A stretch of DNA of 63,777 bases, the filler included, from Dugesia japonica (Eukaryota), in the NCBI GenBank assembly GCA_001938525.1. It is 6 parts of 6 records of this genome, joined end to end, with 100 filler letters (N's around TTAATTAATTAA, not from the genome) between each part and the next. Parts side by side here need not be neighbours in the genome. Positions count along the whole stretch, not along the records: positions 1 to 9,956 come from MQRL01506892.1; positions 10,057 to 21,494 come from MQRL01648408.1; 4 more parts are not named here. One strand, 5' to 3'. The notes below the pieces were generated by a model. The model searched no databases. It had not been told where the DNA came from and worked only from the letters and a program-made list of their open reading frames with translations. Below, in pieces: positions 1 through 12,720 of this stretch (positions are counted from its first letter, which is position 1; every line of letters begins with the position of its first letter). Both the position numbers and the translations under genes were made by a program.

Positions 1-30
1 TTTTCGACAATAGTCTTCTTCAGGAACATG
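1..30 (-). ncRNA. Minimal hammerhead ribozyme core (Penelope-type), cut by the window edge
   Basis: Reverse complement reads CATGTTC-CTGAAGA-A-GAC-TATT-GTC-GAAAA: CUGANGA box, 3-bp stem II, GAAA box. Stem III and cleavage site lie outside the window. Confidence 0.75.
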
Positions 31-81
31 TTGGCTTCTTGAGATATTCAATGCAATAGATCTTTGTTACTAATGTTTGTT

Positions 82-152
82 ATTTAATGAAATCTCAAAT
101 CCGATCAATGGTTAAGTCCAACAATTATTGTCACAATAATTGTAATTATAAA
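82..152 (+). mobile_element. 3' tail of the Penelope-type pLTR family
   Basis: ATTTAATGAAATCTCAAATCCGATCAATGGTTAAGTCCAACAATTATTGTCACAATAATTGTAATT matches the tails at 10990-11055, 13011-13078, 26181-26249 and 39016-39085. Confidence 0.8.
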
Positions 153-166
153 ATAATAATAATAAT

Positions 167-216
<50 letters not shown>

Positions 217-266
217 NNNNNNNNNNNNNNNNNNNNNNNNNNNNNNNNNNNNNNNNNNNNNNNNNN

Positions 267-320
<54 letters not shown>

Positions 321-334
321 TAATAATAATAATA
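153..334. repeat. (AAT)n microsatellite with internal gap; similar tracts near 2014, 14923, 23170, 27493-27716, 28268, 46070-46375 and 54818
   Basis: Directly visible AAT/ATT runs, often flanking N gaps. Confidence 0.95.
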
Positions 335-369
335 ACAATTCAGATAACTGTAACAAACTAGATCAAAAC

Positions 370-1830
370 ATGATGTTTATAAATCTAACAAATCAAGAAT
401 TTTCAAGCAAACAACTAGACTTTTTAAACAAAGGACCTAACTACATCCCATTTACTACAAATTCATCAAAATCATCAGATATCGCAATGATAGAAGCTTC
501 AATTTACAGCCTTAATTGCCAGGTATGCAGAATAAAGAATAATACTCAAGTTACAATAAATGAAACTAAAACATCTGAAATACATCAATCAAATTGGAAG
601 TACTCACAACAGTATAAACGTAATATCCGAAACTTTGAACCAACTGATTTAGAGATCGAGAATAATATAGAAGAATTAAGAATCAAACTATTGAAAACTT
701 ATGAAAAATATGATAATAATAATAAAATTGACACAAGAAAAAATAAGAATAGAATACAAAGAAGAGAAGAAAACAAACATACAGAAGTAGCGAACAACAA
801 AAACGAATACAATGCAAAAAAAGATATCAAAAAAATCAAAAAACTAGAATCAATTATTATTACTTCAACAGATAAGACCAAAAGACTAACATTATTATCA
901 GAACAAACTTAAAAAGAAATTTTTCCAGAACATTTAGTTAACTATGAACCAATAGCTCATAAAGGACTTCCAATAACAGAACAAATATACTTTAATAAAC
1001 AACTGTTCTAAATCATAGAAAATTATCCAGATCACATTAAAACATTATTTCTGGCAAGTAAATGCAGCGAACCAATTCCATCAACAAGTTATTGTCTTCC
1101 CAAAGACCATAAAACCACTTTAAAAGGCAGACCCATTGTCAATGCTACAGATACACCCTCCACCTCGTTATGCAGGCTGATGGCAGACATATTAAAACTA
1201 CTATTAAATCTCATTCCAGCACACCTAAAAAACAGCCAGGAATTTATCGAAACTTTAAAAAAATACCAATGGAAAAAAGATGACATTTTATGATCATTAG
1301 ACGTTACAAATATATATGGTTCTATACCAATCAGTGGACCAGATAATGTTATGGATATTATGATCAAATTTTACGATGAACATAGAATATATACAGAAAT
1401 TTCAGAAATTAGAAAAAACGATTTTAAGTCATTAATAAATCTTTGTCTCACCTCAGATAGTATTATATATAACAATCAGTTATATAAACAAAAGAAAGGT
1501 TTAGTTATGGGCAATAACTTATCCCTAATATTAGCCATTATTTATATGGATCACATTGAAAAAGAAATCATTCATATGGCAAATAATAAAATCAAACTTT
1601 GGCTAAGATACATAGATGACATATTCTTCATTTCCAATACTACCTCAGATAATATTCTTAATATAGCCAACAAAATCAACAGTAACATACAATTCGCGTT
1701 AGAAGAAGCAATAAATTACCAAATACCTTTCCTTGACACACTTATACGGAAAGAACCTAATCGAATGCTAACTAGCCAACTATACATAAAACAATTTCAG
1801 AGTGGATTGATATTACCATGGAGCAGCAAC
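370..1830 (+). pseudogene. Penelope-like element reverse transcriptase, disrupted and 3'-truncated (no GIY-YIG visible)
   Basis: N-terminal NLTNQEFSSKQLDFLNKGPNYIP, then TDKTK, LPKDHK..KGRPIV, SLDVTNIYGSIP, YKQKKGLVMGNNLS, WLRYIDDIF, IPFLD, SGLILPWSS. In-frame stops at 910, ~1009 and ~1291. Confidence 0.9.
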
Positions 1831-2013
1831 ATTAAAAAGAAACATTTTTTTGAAACTTTTTTGATCTACACCTTAGTTTATTTTCGTAACTTTGAAAATA
1901 TTTAATTTTTTTATTTCACAGATCAATGNNNNNNNNNNNNNNNNNNNNNNNNNNNNNNNNNNNNNNNNNNNNNNNNNNNNNNNNNNNNNNNNNNNNNNNN
2001 NNNNNNNNNNNNN

Positions 2014-2063
<50 letters not shown>

Positions 2064-2104
2064 TTAATAATAATAATAAACAAAATTATAAATATAATAT
2101 TTAG

Positions 2105-3304
2105 TCATCTGTTTAAATATTGAAAATGAATGTTGATTTTAACCAATTGACTAAATACATTGTCTTCTTTGCAAAAATAACTCTCCATGTAATCGAAATT
2201 GTCTGATTCCATTATACTATTGCAATTATAAGTAGAATGCATTCGTATAACTGGAGTACAAACAATGTGATTAATTTCACGAACATGGAATTTCAAATAA
2301 TTATAGAAATTAGAAATAGCAGCAAAAGCTTCAAACATTGGTCGAATCAATACACAATAACCATTCAGATTTTTTTGATAATTTTTCATTGTGACATTGT
2401 AAAAATGGTTTCTTGTGATATTTTGAGTATCAGAGAAAACAACAGAATTCCTATTACAAATCAACAGAGGTTGACATTGAGTAAAAATAACAGAATTTTG
2501 TGTTAGAAAATAATTTTTATAAATAATTAAATTCGTTTCTTTGTGTATTTTAATAATAAAACATTCCAGCAAATTGTTTTTTATTTGCATAAACTCAAAC
2601 TTTTCTAAATTATAATACTTTTCTTTGATTGGATCATGATACCGATAAGCAATTAGAGATTGATTTCTCAAAATTTGGTGGACTGGAATCGGCCAATATT
2701 TAATAATGTTTTTCAAATAAGATTTCGGAATTCTCGGCAGATTCAAAGAAACTGCACAAAGATTCAAATGTTTCTGTAAAGATTTATTCAAATGTATTTG
2801 TAATCCAACAGGGGTACCTTGATATTTAATTAGGAATTTCAATAAAATTTTGTCTCGATCATCGATTTTACTTTGAAGAATATTTTCAAAAATTTCTTGA
2901 TAGTAACATTTTAGTAATTTATTATTTTTAAACGATTTGATAAATTCACAAGTGAATCCTTTAATTCGGGATTTTTTCCAAATTTTCTCATTGATATTTA
3001 TACAATAGAATTTCAAATATTTTTCCAGTTTTTCTTGGATTTTCTTCTGGAAATCTGCTTCGTTGAATTTAACAAGTTCATTGTTTAATATTTTGTTTTG
3101 TAATACATTTGATAAATAACGATTAGTATTCGATTGTTTCAATTCGTTACAACTGATTGATTTGGATTTTCTATAAATATGAAAATTCGGATATGTAAGA
3201 ATTTGTTTAAAATTTGAATTGGTATTAGTAAATTTTTTTCTAAAATCATTTTTCGAATTTTTCAGTCTTCTTTTCATTTCTTTATTAACAATAAATTCTT
3301 TCAT
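2105..3304 (-). CDS. Uninterrupted 399-aa ORF of unknown function
   Basis: 1.2-kb ATG-to-stop frame in very AT-rich DNA is unlikely by chance; no family recognised with confidence. Confidence 0.65.
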   Translation of the reverse strand: MKEFIVNKEMKRRLKNSKNDFRKKFTNTNSNFKQILTYPNFHIYRKSKSISCNELKQSNTNRYLSNVLQNKILNNELVKFNEADFQKKIQEKLEKYLKFYCININEKIWKKSRIKGFTCEFIKSFKNNKLLKCYYQEIFENILQSKIDDRDKILLKFLIKYQGTPVGLQIHLNKSLQKHLNLCAVSLNLPRIPKSYLKNIIKYWPIPVHQILRNQSLIAYRYHDPIKEKYYNLEKFEFMQIKNNLLECFIIKIHKETNLIIYKNYFLTQNSVIFTQCQPLLICNRNSVVFSDTQNITRNHFYNVTMKNYQKNLNGYCVLIRPMFEAFAAISNFYNYLKFHVREINHIVCTPVIRMHSTYNCNSIMESDNFDYMESYFCKEDNVFSQLVKINIHFQYLNR

Positions 3305-6300
3305 TAATATTGAATGCTTATTAATGAATCAATAATTAATTTTTAATATTAAACAGTTTCAATAAGGCATTTTCCATAAATTGTTGATTTGTTTAATTGA
3401 AAAGAATGACTTTTATTATTTAATTGAACAATCATTAGATCGTCATGGTTACTAATCTGAGCTAGTTGAGATTAACCAAGCTGTTCTAATGGAACAAGAG
3501 GAAATAAATAATAACAAATCATCTTCATACAATCAAAATCATCCAAGATTGTGATTAAATTATTAGAAACTATATTAGTGATTCAATTTAATATTTAACA
3601 GTATCATTTTTGACTGCATTCTCTAATCTCTGTGATCTATCTCTATTTTTCAATCTTTTTTATGGATTAACGATGCTATCATCTGAGATTCATTTTGTAG
3701 GATTCAGCACCTGTAAAAAACCTATTTCAAAATAAATAAAGTTTTGATATATTGGTTAGGAGCACTCCAAATCAAAATATTGGTCTATTGTTATGCAAGT
3801 TTTCAATTTATGAACTAACAATATCTTTCCCAGTTATTCATTCTTCGGTACTTTCTGAACTCCACTTGGGTAAATCTCTCAAAACTTATTATACCCTTCT
3901 TTGATGACTCTTTGGTGATCCATCTCATTCTCAATATTCGAGAATCTTTTTGAGTACAATAGTATATTATTATTAATTATTAAATAACTATAAAGCTTAG
4001 CGTGATAACAGATTGTAAACTTAACTCAATAAATGTTTATTAGTCCTTTTGATTTATTACTTTTTTAGGAGTCTAATATTAGAAAATTTTCGTGGCACGC
4101 AGTGTGTGAATTATGGAAGAATTTCTATAAAATTATGGTGATAATTATTAAATAGGGTAATAACACTTTTATGTGCATTTATTTATTTATATTGGATTGA
4201 TATAACTCTTAAAAATGCTATGCTTTATGAGACTACAAAGATTTCTCAGATTTGTTCTTTTGTTGGATATTTATATAGCACGTGATTTTAATTATCTTAT
4301 TTGATTCTAAATTGTATCTTAATTTTAATAAATAAAACCAAACCACATTTGTTAGAGATTTAATCAAAATAATACAAATTAATAGTAAAAATAATAGAAT
4401 GAAGTAATATGAATCATCTCAAATCTAAACTATTTCCTATTACTGAAGACCCCAAATAGAGCCAAGTCAAATCTTAGTAGAGGTGTTAAATAAAAAAAGA
4501 CTACTTTGAAGATGAATAAGAGCTAATAAATTTGTGAAGATCCTAGTGAAAATCAAATCAGCACGAATCTTAGGTAAATAGTTTTCGGTGAAAACTACTT
4601 TTATTTTATTGAAATATGTAAGATTGTAAGATATATAAAAAATAAAACTTTGAAATCCATTATTTTGAGCTAACTCAGTAAGCTACTATCTATATATTCT
4701 AACCACATTACCATGAAGGAAGAATTTTTCGGTAGTAGACCTTCAGGAAATATATAGGCAGTTTTTGCTTCTCTTACCCATGATTTTAATTTCTACCGAA
4801 ATATTTATCCCCATGACCCAAAAATCGAATGTTTGGTTTTCTAATATTCTAATACTTAAACATTTCTTTTTTAATTTTTAATTTTCTATCTTATAGTACC
4901 GGATTCAAAAGCTATAACTCCGATGAGATAGCTCGGAGCGCTATTATCTGCCTACTTAATAAATAGTTAAAATTAATTAATAGTTTAAATCAAAAATAAA
5001 TTATCCTCAGAAGATTTAACTAATAATAATAATCCAGTTGTGAATTTGTGAAAATAAAATTGTAGTTTGCATTTAATTTTCTTTGATTACAGTTAATTTA
5101 AGGAAATGAAGTTTTTAATTTCTAACGCACTGATAACTAAACCTACAAAGGTTAACGGATATAGACGCACACGAAAGATGTCCACATACACAAATGCTTC
5201 CACGAAAAAAGCTAATGCTGTTAAAATCCTTCATGGAAAAATCCCACAAAAAAAGCTAACACGGAAGATCTCCGTGTAAAGTGAAGGTACCAAGGAACTT
5301 CTGAGAATTCGCCTCAGGACAGATAATTAAATGTTTCAGAGAATTTCACAACACTATCTGAGGTTTTAAAAAGTTAAAACAAGTTATCCGTTTAACCATG
5401 AAATCGGAACACAATTATCAGTACTTCTTGACCATAATCAAGTTATGAGCGGAAATGAATTTGAAATGGTAAGCAAAATTCAAGAAAATTGCATTTGTAA
5501 AAGAACATGAATTACGAGAATAAACAAATAATTATATTAAAAAATTAATCAAGTAATTTTATAAATTCAAAACTAATGAATACATTAAGTATATTTTGAA
5601 ATAATTTGTAAAATAATTATAGAATATTCAATTTAGAAAAATAAATTTTTACAACAGTAAATCCAACATGCCTATATACTTTGCATATAGTTATTACTTA
5701 ATAAAATTCTTTAAATACTCAACAAAACACAAATGTAAATTAAATGAAAATTTTATGAAAATTTGAATAATATTCAATTATTATTTTAGTTATTTCTTTG
5801 TTTTAATTATTAATATTTTAAATTTTTATTTTCATATCTATAACAAAGCTTTTTTTCGGCATTTTGTTTTTAATATTGTAAAGGTAAATACTTAATCAAT
5901 TGATTTGATAATTTAAGAAATTAAAGATAATTTAAAGGTAAAAGTTCTATTTTCATTAAAGATGTCAAATAGAAGAAATACAAGACATCAATATTGAATG
6001 TCATTGTATCGAATGTTGACGTCTATATTTGATAGCATGTTGATAGGACATATCAAATACAATACAATGATCCAATTTATCGGATACAATAACGCCAAGA
6101 TGTGAAACTGAATGCTTATTCTTTTGAAAAATTAATGTCCTTTAAAAAATGAAAACAAGACCATTTAAACCTTATAATGATATCGATCGCCTGAGTCTGA
6201 AGTATAGTATTCAATACCAGACATTTGCAGTAAAAATTAATTTAATGAATTAAATATAATTCACAGGTAAATTAATTGCTTTCATTGATTATGTCAAGTA

Positions 6301-7284
6301 GAAGAAATACAAGACATTCTTTTGTGAGTTTACTATACATTTATTTTATATACAATTAAATAATAAAAACAATATAATTTAAATTTGTTAAGATTCTTCA
6401 TATTAAAAAATTAATTTTATTTCATAAGCCTAATATAATGGTAATATAATTAATAATAATCTTGTAATTTTCAAAAAAGTAATTTATTAAAATAAAATGT
6501 CATGTATTTAAATAGAATATAAGTAATTTTAGAATATTTTGTCTTTACAAAACTATAAATTAGTATTTCTAGTAACGGTCTCTTCTTGACTAGCCAAGAT
6601 CATTCTTTAATGGATTCATTTTCGCGTGTTTATATTTTATCCGTCATTAGATAGAGATTATAATTGGCATTTCATCGTTAGATAGTTGTCGGATGTAACA
6701 TTTATAGTGAATACGCCAAGTAAATATTTTATAAAGTTCTCACAAAGGAATTAATGGAAATATAGAATTGAATTATGTTATTTTACATTATTGCAAACGT
6801 TCGTAATTAAAATTTCTCTTAATTGCGTCAATGTATAGAATAACATTTGGATTAAATGATGTTTCGCGATGTATCGCTGCAGACTTCAATCTTCGATCAT
6901 CCACAGTTGATAGCAAAAAAATTGCTTTAGTTAAAAACAGAAATTATTAATGTAAATTTCTTGAATAAATCTTTCCATTTCTTCCTTTTTTAGTGATAAA
7001 GTAACAGTTCACACAAATAATCGATGAACCACAAGAAATAACTCACTTAATTATGTCTAGTTATAACCATCAATACTTATTTAGATATTAATTAAATAGG
7101 GGTTCTCAACTTTGTGTCCATGGAGTTATTTACACGCGCCCACGAAAAAGTGTTGAAATGATTTTAGAAAATTTGAAAATAAAAAGCTTTAATAGTTTTT
7201 AAAATCTTGCTATTGAGAAATTCGCTAAATTGGCTATATCACGCTTATTATAATCACGACTCCATCGACGTCTATAATCTCTTA

Positions 7285-7365
7285 GTCGATGTTCATACTA
7301 GGTTGGGTACATCCGATCTCGTAAGTTAATCAGTCCTAGACCTCGTTAGTACTTATAACGTGAGC
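7285..7365 (+). pseudogene. 5S rRNA-derived segment (pseudogene or SINE3-like head)
   Basis: GTCGATGTTCATACTAGGTTGGGTACATCCGATCTCG..AAGTTAATCAG..GACCTCGTTAGTACTT..CGTGAGC retains 5S hallmarks (CCGATCTCG, box A, GTTAGTACTT). One GATCTCG unit is deleted and the 3' end is replaced. Confidence 0.8.
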
Positions 7366-7591
7366 AGTGTAGACTGAGCCTGACTGGTGTTTAGTTAGAG
7401 ATAACCTTACGCATTTCCAGTGTAAAAATGAGTCCACCATCTCGAGTTTCGGTGTTTTCGGTTAAGTCCTTTCAAATTCTCTTAGAATTATCTGCCTTAA
7501 ATAGTTTTAATCATAAGATCGTCAAAGGGACACTCAAATTGAGCTAGCAGATTCTGAATCCCTGCTAGTTGATATCCTGGGGACATCCAAT

Positions 7592-7997
7592 CTACGTGCG
7601 CCTAATAATGGGGTCTTCAGTCCATTTTTCGTCACATGTTCTGACACGATTCAAAAATAATTCCCGATTGTTTTTTAATAGCAAAGTCGAAAAGATTTGA
7701 AAAGTTTTTTTTGCATATCGGTCAATAGCGTCCAAATTTCGAACAATGATTACGCGGGTAACCCCAATTTCTGTTGCGTATTTTCCAACAGTTGATTGAG
7801 GATTAGATTTGACAATTTTTTTTAGTGGTGATCTTCCACGAGAGTTATATTCAAGACTGGTATTCAGCCAGAACGAAATTTCGACAACCAAAACGGTTCT
7901 TTCATTAGTGGTGTCTGTCCCGAAAGCCGAATTGATGTTTTCTGTTGCTAATGCTGTGTTTGTATTCATACAAAAAGAAATATTCGCAAATTCTTAG
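7592..7997 (-). mobile_element. Mariner transposase remnant (N-terminal half)
   Basis: ATENINSAFGTDTTNERTV helix-turn-helix region, SRGRSP linker, LFLNRVRTCDEKW. Confidence 0.85.
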
Positions 7998-8009
7998 TTG
8001 ACACCATGT

Positions 8010-8850
8010 TGTACCGTGGGAGACAAGTCAGGAGAATAGGGCGGATGCTCGAGCCACTCCCATCCCATCTCACGCAACTTGGTTTGTGTTCGAACGGATG
8101 TGTGANNNNNNNNNNNNNNNNNNNNNNNNNNNNNNNNNNNNNNNNNNNNNNNNNNNNNNNNNNNNNNNNNNNNNNNNNNNNNNNNNNNNNNNNNNNNNNN
8201 NNNNNNNNNNNNNNNNNNNNNNNNNNNNNNNNNNNNGAGTTCCAAAAAATGATTAACATCACCTTACGCTGACGAAAATCTGGTCGAGGTGTTGGAATTG
8301 GGCGTTGTCCAATAGACAGTCACTGATTGTTACTATGTGGATTGAAAAATGAGATCCATTTTTCATCAACTGTCACGATATTGTTCAAGAATTTACGACG
8401 CTGACCACGATTCAAATGAAGGCGTGTAATCCAAACTCTGCTTTTCTTTTGTGAGTCGATCAAAAAAATGAGGGACCTAATTACCTTTGTGCCAACGCTT
8501 GCCTTCAAAATCTTTGCAATTTACGTGTGACTGCATTTGAAAGTATTGCCCAAATTACGGGTTGTCAACGTTGGATCCAAATGAATAGCATCAATCACAG
8601 TCTCTCGATCAACTACAGATGGGCGTCCGGATCTTGGGTGGTCATTCAAATCAGTTTTGCCATCCCGAAATTTTTTAAACCAATAGTATGCGGTTCTCTT
8701 AGACACAATTTGTTGATCTTTGGCCCTCTTGATATTTGCAGCAGCCGTTTCAGCACTATTTTTAAGTTCAAATTCCTATAATAACAAGTTCCTAATAATC
8801 TCTCTTGAAAAAGCCATATTGTACCGGATAAATTCACGTGATAAACTAAA
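8010..8850 (-). mobile_element. Second mariner transposase remnant
   Basis: RTAYYWFKKFRDGKTDLNDHPRSGRPS, FLNNIVTVDEKW, MLIIFWN and GWEWLEHPPYSPDLSP across frameshifts and a gap. Confidence 0.9.
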
Positions 8851-9490
8851 NNNNNNNNNNNNNNNNNNNNNNNNNNNNNNNNNNNNNNNNNNNNNNNNNN
8901 NNNNNNNNNNNNNNNNNNNNNNNNNNNNNNNNNNNNNNNNNNNNNNNNNNNNNNNNNNNNNNNNNNNNNNNNNNNNNNNNNNNNNNNNNNNNNNNNNNNN
9001 TTTTTTAGCAAAAAACAATTACTACGTAAATCTAATAGTATTATAATTATATATTTGTCACCAAGCAAGTAAAAAAAGGATTTATAACGAAAACATTACT
9101 TCTTAATCTTCATTAACGTAATTTTGTCTCTGATAATCGAATATTAATATCATCTCCGGTATATATAAACCTTTTATTATGCTGAAATTGTTTATAAGAA
9201 TAATGTTTTTCCCATTCATCACTTATATACTTTTTACGAATAGATTGAAAATCTTCTAATTTATGACTGTATGTATTGCTTAAAAAACTTTCAAAAGAAT
9301 TTAAAGTATTTTCTAATTTATGCTTTTTAATATAATTTTCAAATTCAGTATTCCAATTACTACCCCAATAAGTAGCGTAATTTAATTCATTTAATAATCC
9401 ATTTAATGCATTTTTATAATCAATCCAATTGCGCCTAGACTTTTCAAAATTAATATATGTTTTATTTATAGATTTATCTCCATCTGAAGA

Positions 9491-9928
9491 TTACATTTTA
9501 CCATAAAATTTATCGTGTGTATCTGTGAACCACTGCCATATTTTACCCCATATACTTTTTTGATTACCAGATACAGTGAGCTTTTCCCACATGTGCATAA
9601 TATCAGATTCATAACCACGTCGATGAATTTTTTTCAAATATTTTTTTAAATAACGATAATCAGGCAATAATTTTTTTGATAATGCTAATCTATAAAAATC
9701 TTCTAATTTAGCACCATCACTAATCATATCATAACTTTTTTTAATTGCATATGGTATTGTTTCTACCATTTGTTTCAGTTCAAACGTATTTTCAACTACA
9801 AATTTTGCAATGTATTCATCAAATGTCTCTGGGTCAACATCCTGTAAATTTGCTAATAAATCTTGGTCTGCTTCATACCACGCAGTGGGGCTCCCTCCTC
9901 CGAAGAGAGGTATTGAACTTAAGGAGTT
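9491..9928 (-). CDS. Probable terminal exon (145 codons) of an unknown protein
   Basis: Frame is open upstream of the tracked ATG to a TAG (possible acceptor) at 9931-9929: NSLSSIPLFGGGSPTAWYEADQDLL...KSIWGKIWQWFTDTHDKFYGKM*. Confidence 0.5.
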   Translation of the reverse strand, partial: NSLSSIPLFGGGSPTAWYEADQDLLANLQDVDPETFDEYIAKFVVENTFELKQMVETIPYAIKKSYDMISDGAKLEDFYRLALSKKLLPDYRYLKKYLKKIHRRGYESDIMHMWEKLTVSGNQKSIWGKIWQWFTDTHDKFYGKM

Positions 9929-9956
9929 CTACAGGAGTTCCCCAGATAGAGTGTCT

Positions 9957-10056
9957 NNNNNNNNNNNNNNNNNNNNNNNNNNNNNNNNNNNNNNNNNNNN
10001 TTAATTAATTAANNNNNNNNNNNNNNNNNNNNNNNNNNNNNNNNNNNNNNNNNNNN
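9957..10056. other. Artificial scaffold linker N44-TTAATTAATTAA-N44; same 12-mer at 21539, 33389, 44776 and 54930
   Basis: Identical six-frame-stop 12-mer centred in a 100-base block, five times. Confidence 0.95.
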
Positions 10057-10856
10057 AGTTTGAAAAAATATTCTCCCGGAAAGGGGCTACAAAAAATTTT
10101 CAAATGTTTAAAAATTGAAAATTTTTAAACAGTTAAAACATTAATCCGTTTAAACAAAAATTATATAAGTAACACGCAAAAATTTAAACTTTACTATTCG
10201 TATCACCATTGAAAATTTAAACTTTATTATTGGTATCGCCTACGAGTATTTAAACAATTTTATTAATCGTATCGCCTGCAAAAATTTATTATTCGTATTC
10301 CCCGCGAGAATTTACTTGCAATATGATTGGTGGATACAACACCACTTGCGTATTTTCCAGAAATCTAATTTGTTGATACTAAACTAATTTTATGTGTGTA
10401 AAAATTTCTCCTGCAATATGATTAGTTGATACTGAATAACTTTTCAAAAATTTTTCTCTTAAGGGGATGGAGATGATGTTATGCACTCGTATCTGCTTAT
10501 TAACCGAGTTTACCAGTTATAAACAAAATTAAGAAAAAAATTTGAAAATGGAATAATAAATTAATAGAAATGCAATCTCCTATCTGTTTTCTTCAACAAA
10601 TTTGAATTTCTATTGAAAAAATGAATTTCTTTAATTGTCTAAACTTTTCTCAAATATTTCCAATTTTTGAATCTCCGTAACTGGAATATCATGAATGATA
10701 GACTTCAACTCATTACGGTTTTGAAAACCATCAGATTCTACAGATTTTCTAATAGTTGTGTCATGTTTCGATACAATCCAGAAGTTGTTGAATGTTTCTT
10801 TTCCATATTTATAAATAATATTTTTCTTAATTGTTAAATTTTAACCCTTAAATATT

Positions 10857-11053
10857 ATTCATTTAAAATAAAAGCTGCAATCAAAATTTTTGTTTTTTTT
10901 ATTGATATTTTATAACAATTCAATTCAACAACGAATTGTTATCAAATATCAATAAAAAACAAAAATTTTGATTGCAGCTTTTATTTTAAATGAATTCTGT
11001 AAAACGATCAATAGTTATGTCCAAATATTATTCTCGCAATAATTGCAATTTTA
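10857..11053 (+). mobile_element. Palindromic Penelope-type pLTR insertion without ribozyme core
   Basis: Arms 10857-10921 and 10933-10995, then tail. Direct repeat TTAAATATTAT at 10848-10858 and 11051-11061. Confidence 0.85.
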
Positions 11054-12720
11054 AATATTATCCTTTGCTAAACATATCAAATTAATTTTAAAGATTTGTT
11101 TGAATTTCGATATTTTAATATTAATCTAGAGGCAATAGTAGAATTTACTATAATTGATCTGAGTGGAATCGAGATTAATTTGAAGTTCTGTATAGTATAA
11201 TGTCAACTACACTTATTAGAAATCAATGGTTAGAAATAAAAACACGAAATATAAAGAAAACGGAATATGAAAAATAAACAGGATAAATTTTGAAGTGAAA
11301 ACATTTGTTTTAATGCTTGCGCAAATTAACCGAAAACATTTTCAATCGATTTAATTTTATGATTTCTTAACTAGTAATAATTTATTTTAATTGTGTTTCT
11401 ATTAAGATTTTAAGGTAAAATAATTTCAATATTAAAACAACTTATTAATAAATTTAAAAACCCAATCTTCAATAAATTTTAAATTATATATAATTTATTA
11501 ACTACAAATTTAAAATTATAAATTTATTATAAATTGTAAAAAAATTTTAATAAAAAAAATTTAATATTTACTACATATATTTTTTAATAATTTAATTCAA
11601 TTTATTTACAAATTAATTTACAAAAAATTTTAAAGAAAACTTTACAGTTGATTACAAAATATTGAGCTCGGTTTTTTTAAAAATCTCCAAATATATATAT
11701 ACGCATCCATGTCACAATATACAGTATACATCATACAGGCTAACTTTATTGCGTCCAATAATTATTTATTTTACTCAAGATTAAAATAACTCAAAATATA
11801 TATAAAACCAGTTTACTACATTATAGGCTATAACAGATTGTAAACATTAAAATTCCAGGTTCTGAATGTATGAAATTAAAAAAACCTAACTTTGTCTTTT
11901 ATTACACAATTTAAAATGTTTAAATATACCCACAATATTTATTTAAAACCGACGATTTTATTTAAATTTATTAACATCTATCTAAATTGCGAATCATAAA
12001 ATATTACAGATAATTGTCGTCCAATTAAATAAATGATAATTATTTTCTGATATATTCTGAATAAAAACTTCTGTTTATTATTGAATTGCTCAGCTATTTT
12101 TGTATACACTTTTATCAATTACATAGATAATTCGATTTTGTAATTACTTAGATTCCTAGGAAATATATTTATAAACATAATAATTATTAATAGTAATAAT
12201 TACACGACAGCTTACATATTGATAAAAAAAAACTATTAATAAATTGCTGTTTACTCATCAAATTTTGATAATGGTGCTTTATTCTTATCATTTTTTAGGA
12301 AACGAAATATCTTACAAAATAAAATAGTGCTTTTATTAGTCCACAATTCCTGTAAAAAGATTTTGAATTGAATCAATAAAATTGAATTTATATTTTCTTG
12401 AACAAAACGTAAGAAATATTCTTGCATAAGTTGCCAGATAAATTTTTCGGTGTGAAACAAATATAAATTATGTGAGAAAATGTCCACAGATGTTTTTCAT
12501 TCTTTAGTTTTGGTTTCGAAATTTTTAAAGTTATATGACATTTCGAACTATATTTGTATTATTTCATATGGTATTTTATTGAAATTTAGAAATGGTTACT
12601 ATTTTAAGTTACAGAGAACAATAAAACAATATTGTGTCATTATATCATTACACTGTTTGTCAAAATGAAGGGTTTTTAAAGGCGATGATAATGAATTAAA
12701 TTCGTTAAAGTCCTCTAAAG

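Noticed and set aside
87-356. Poly-I/N/Y ORFs here and at 1892, 14820, 27456, 46034 and 49292
   Set aside because: Translations of microsatellites and N gaps.
10001-10012. Recurrent TTAATTAATTAA palindrome every ~10-12 kb
   Set aside because: Artificial six-frame-stop linker within N runs; adjacency across linkers has no biological meaning.
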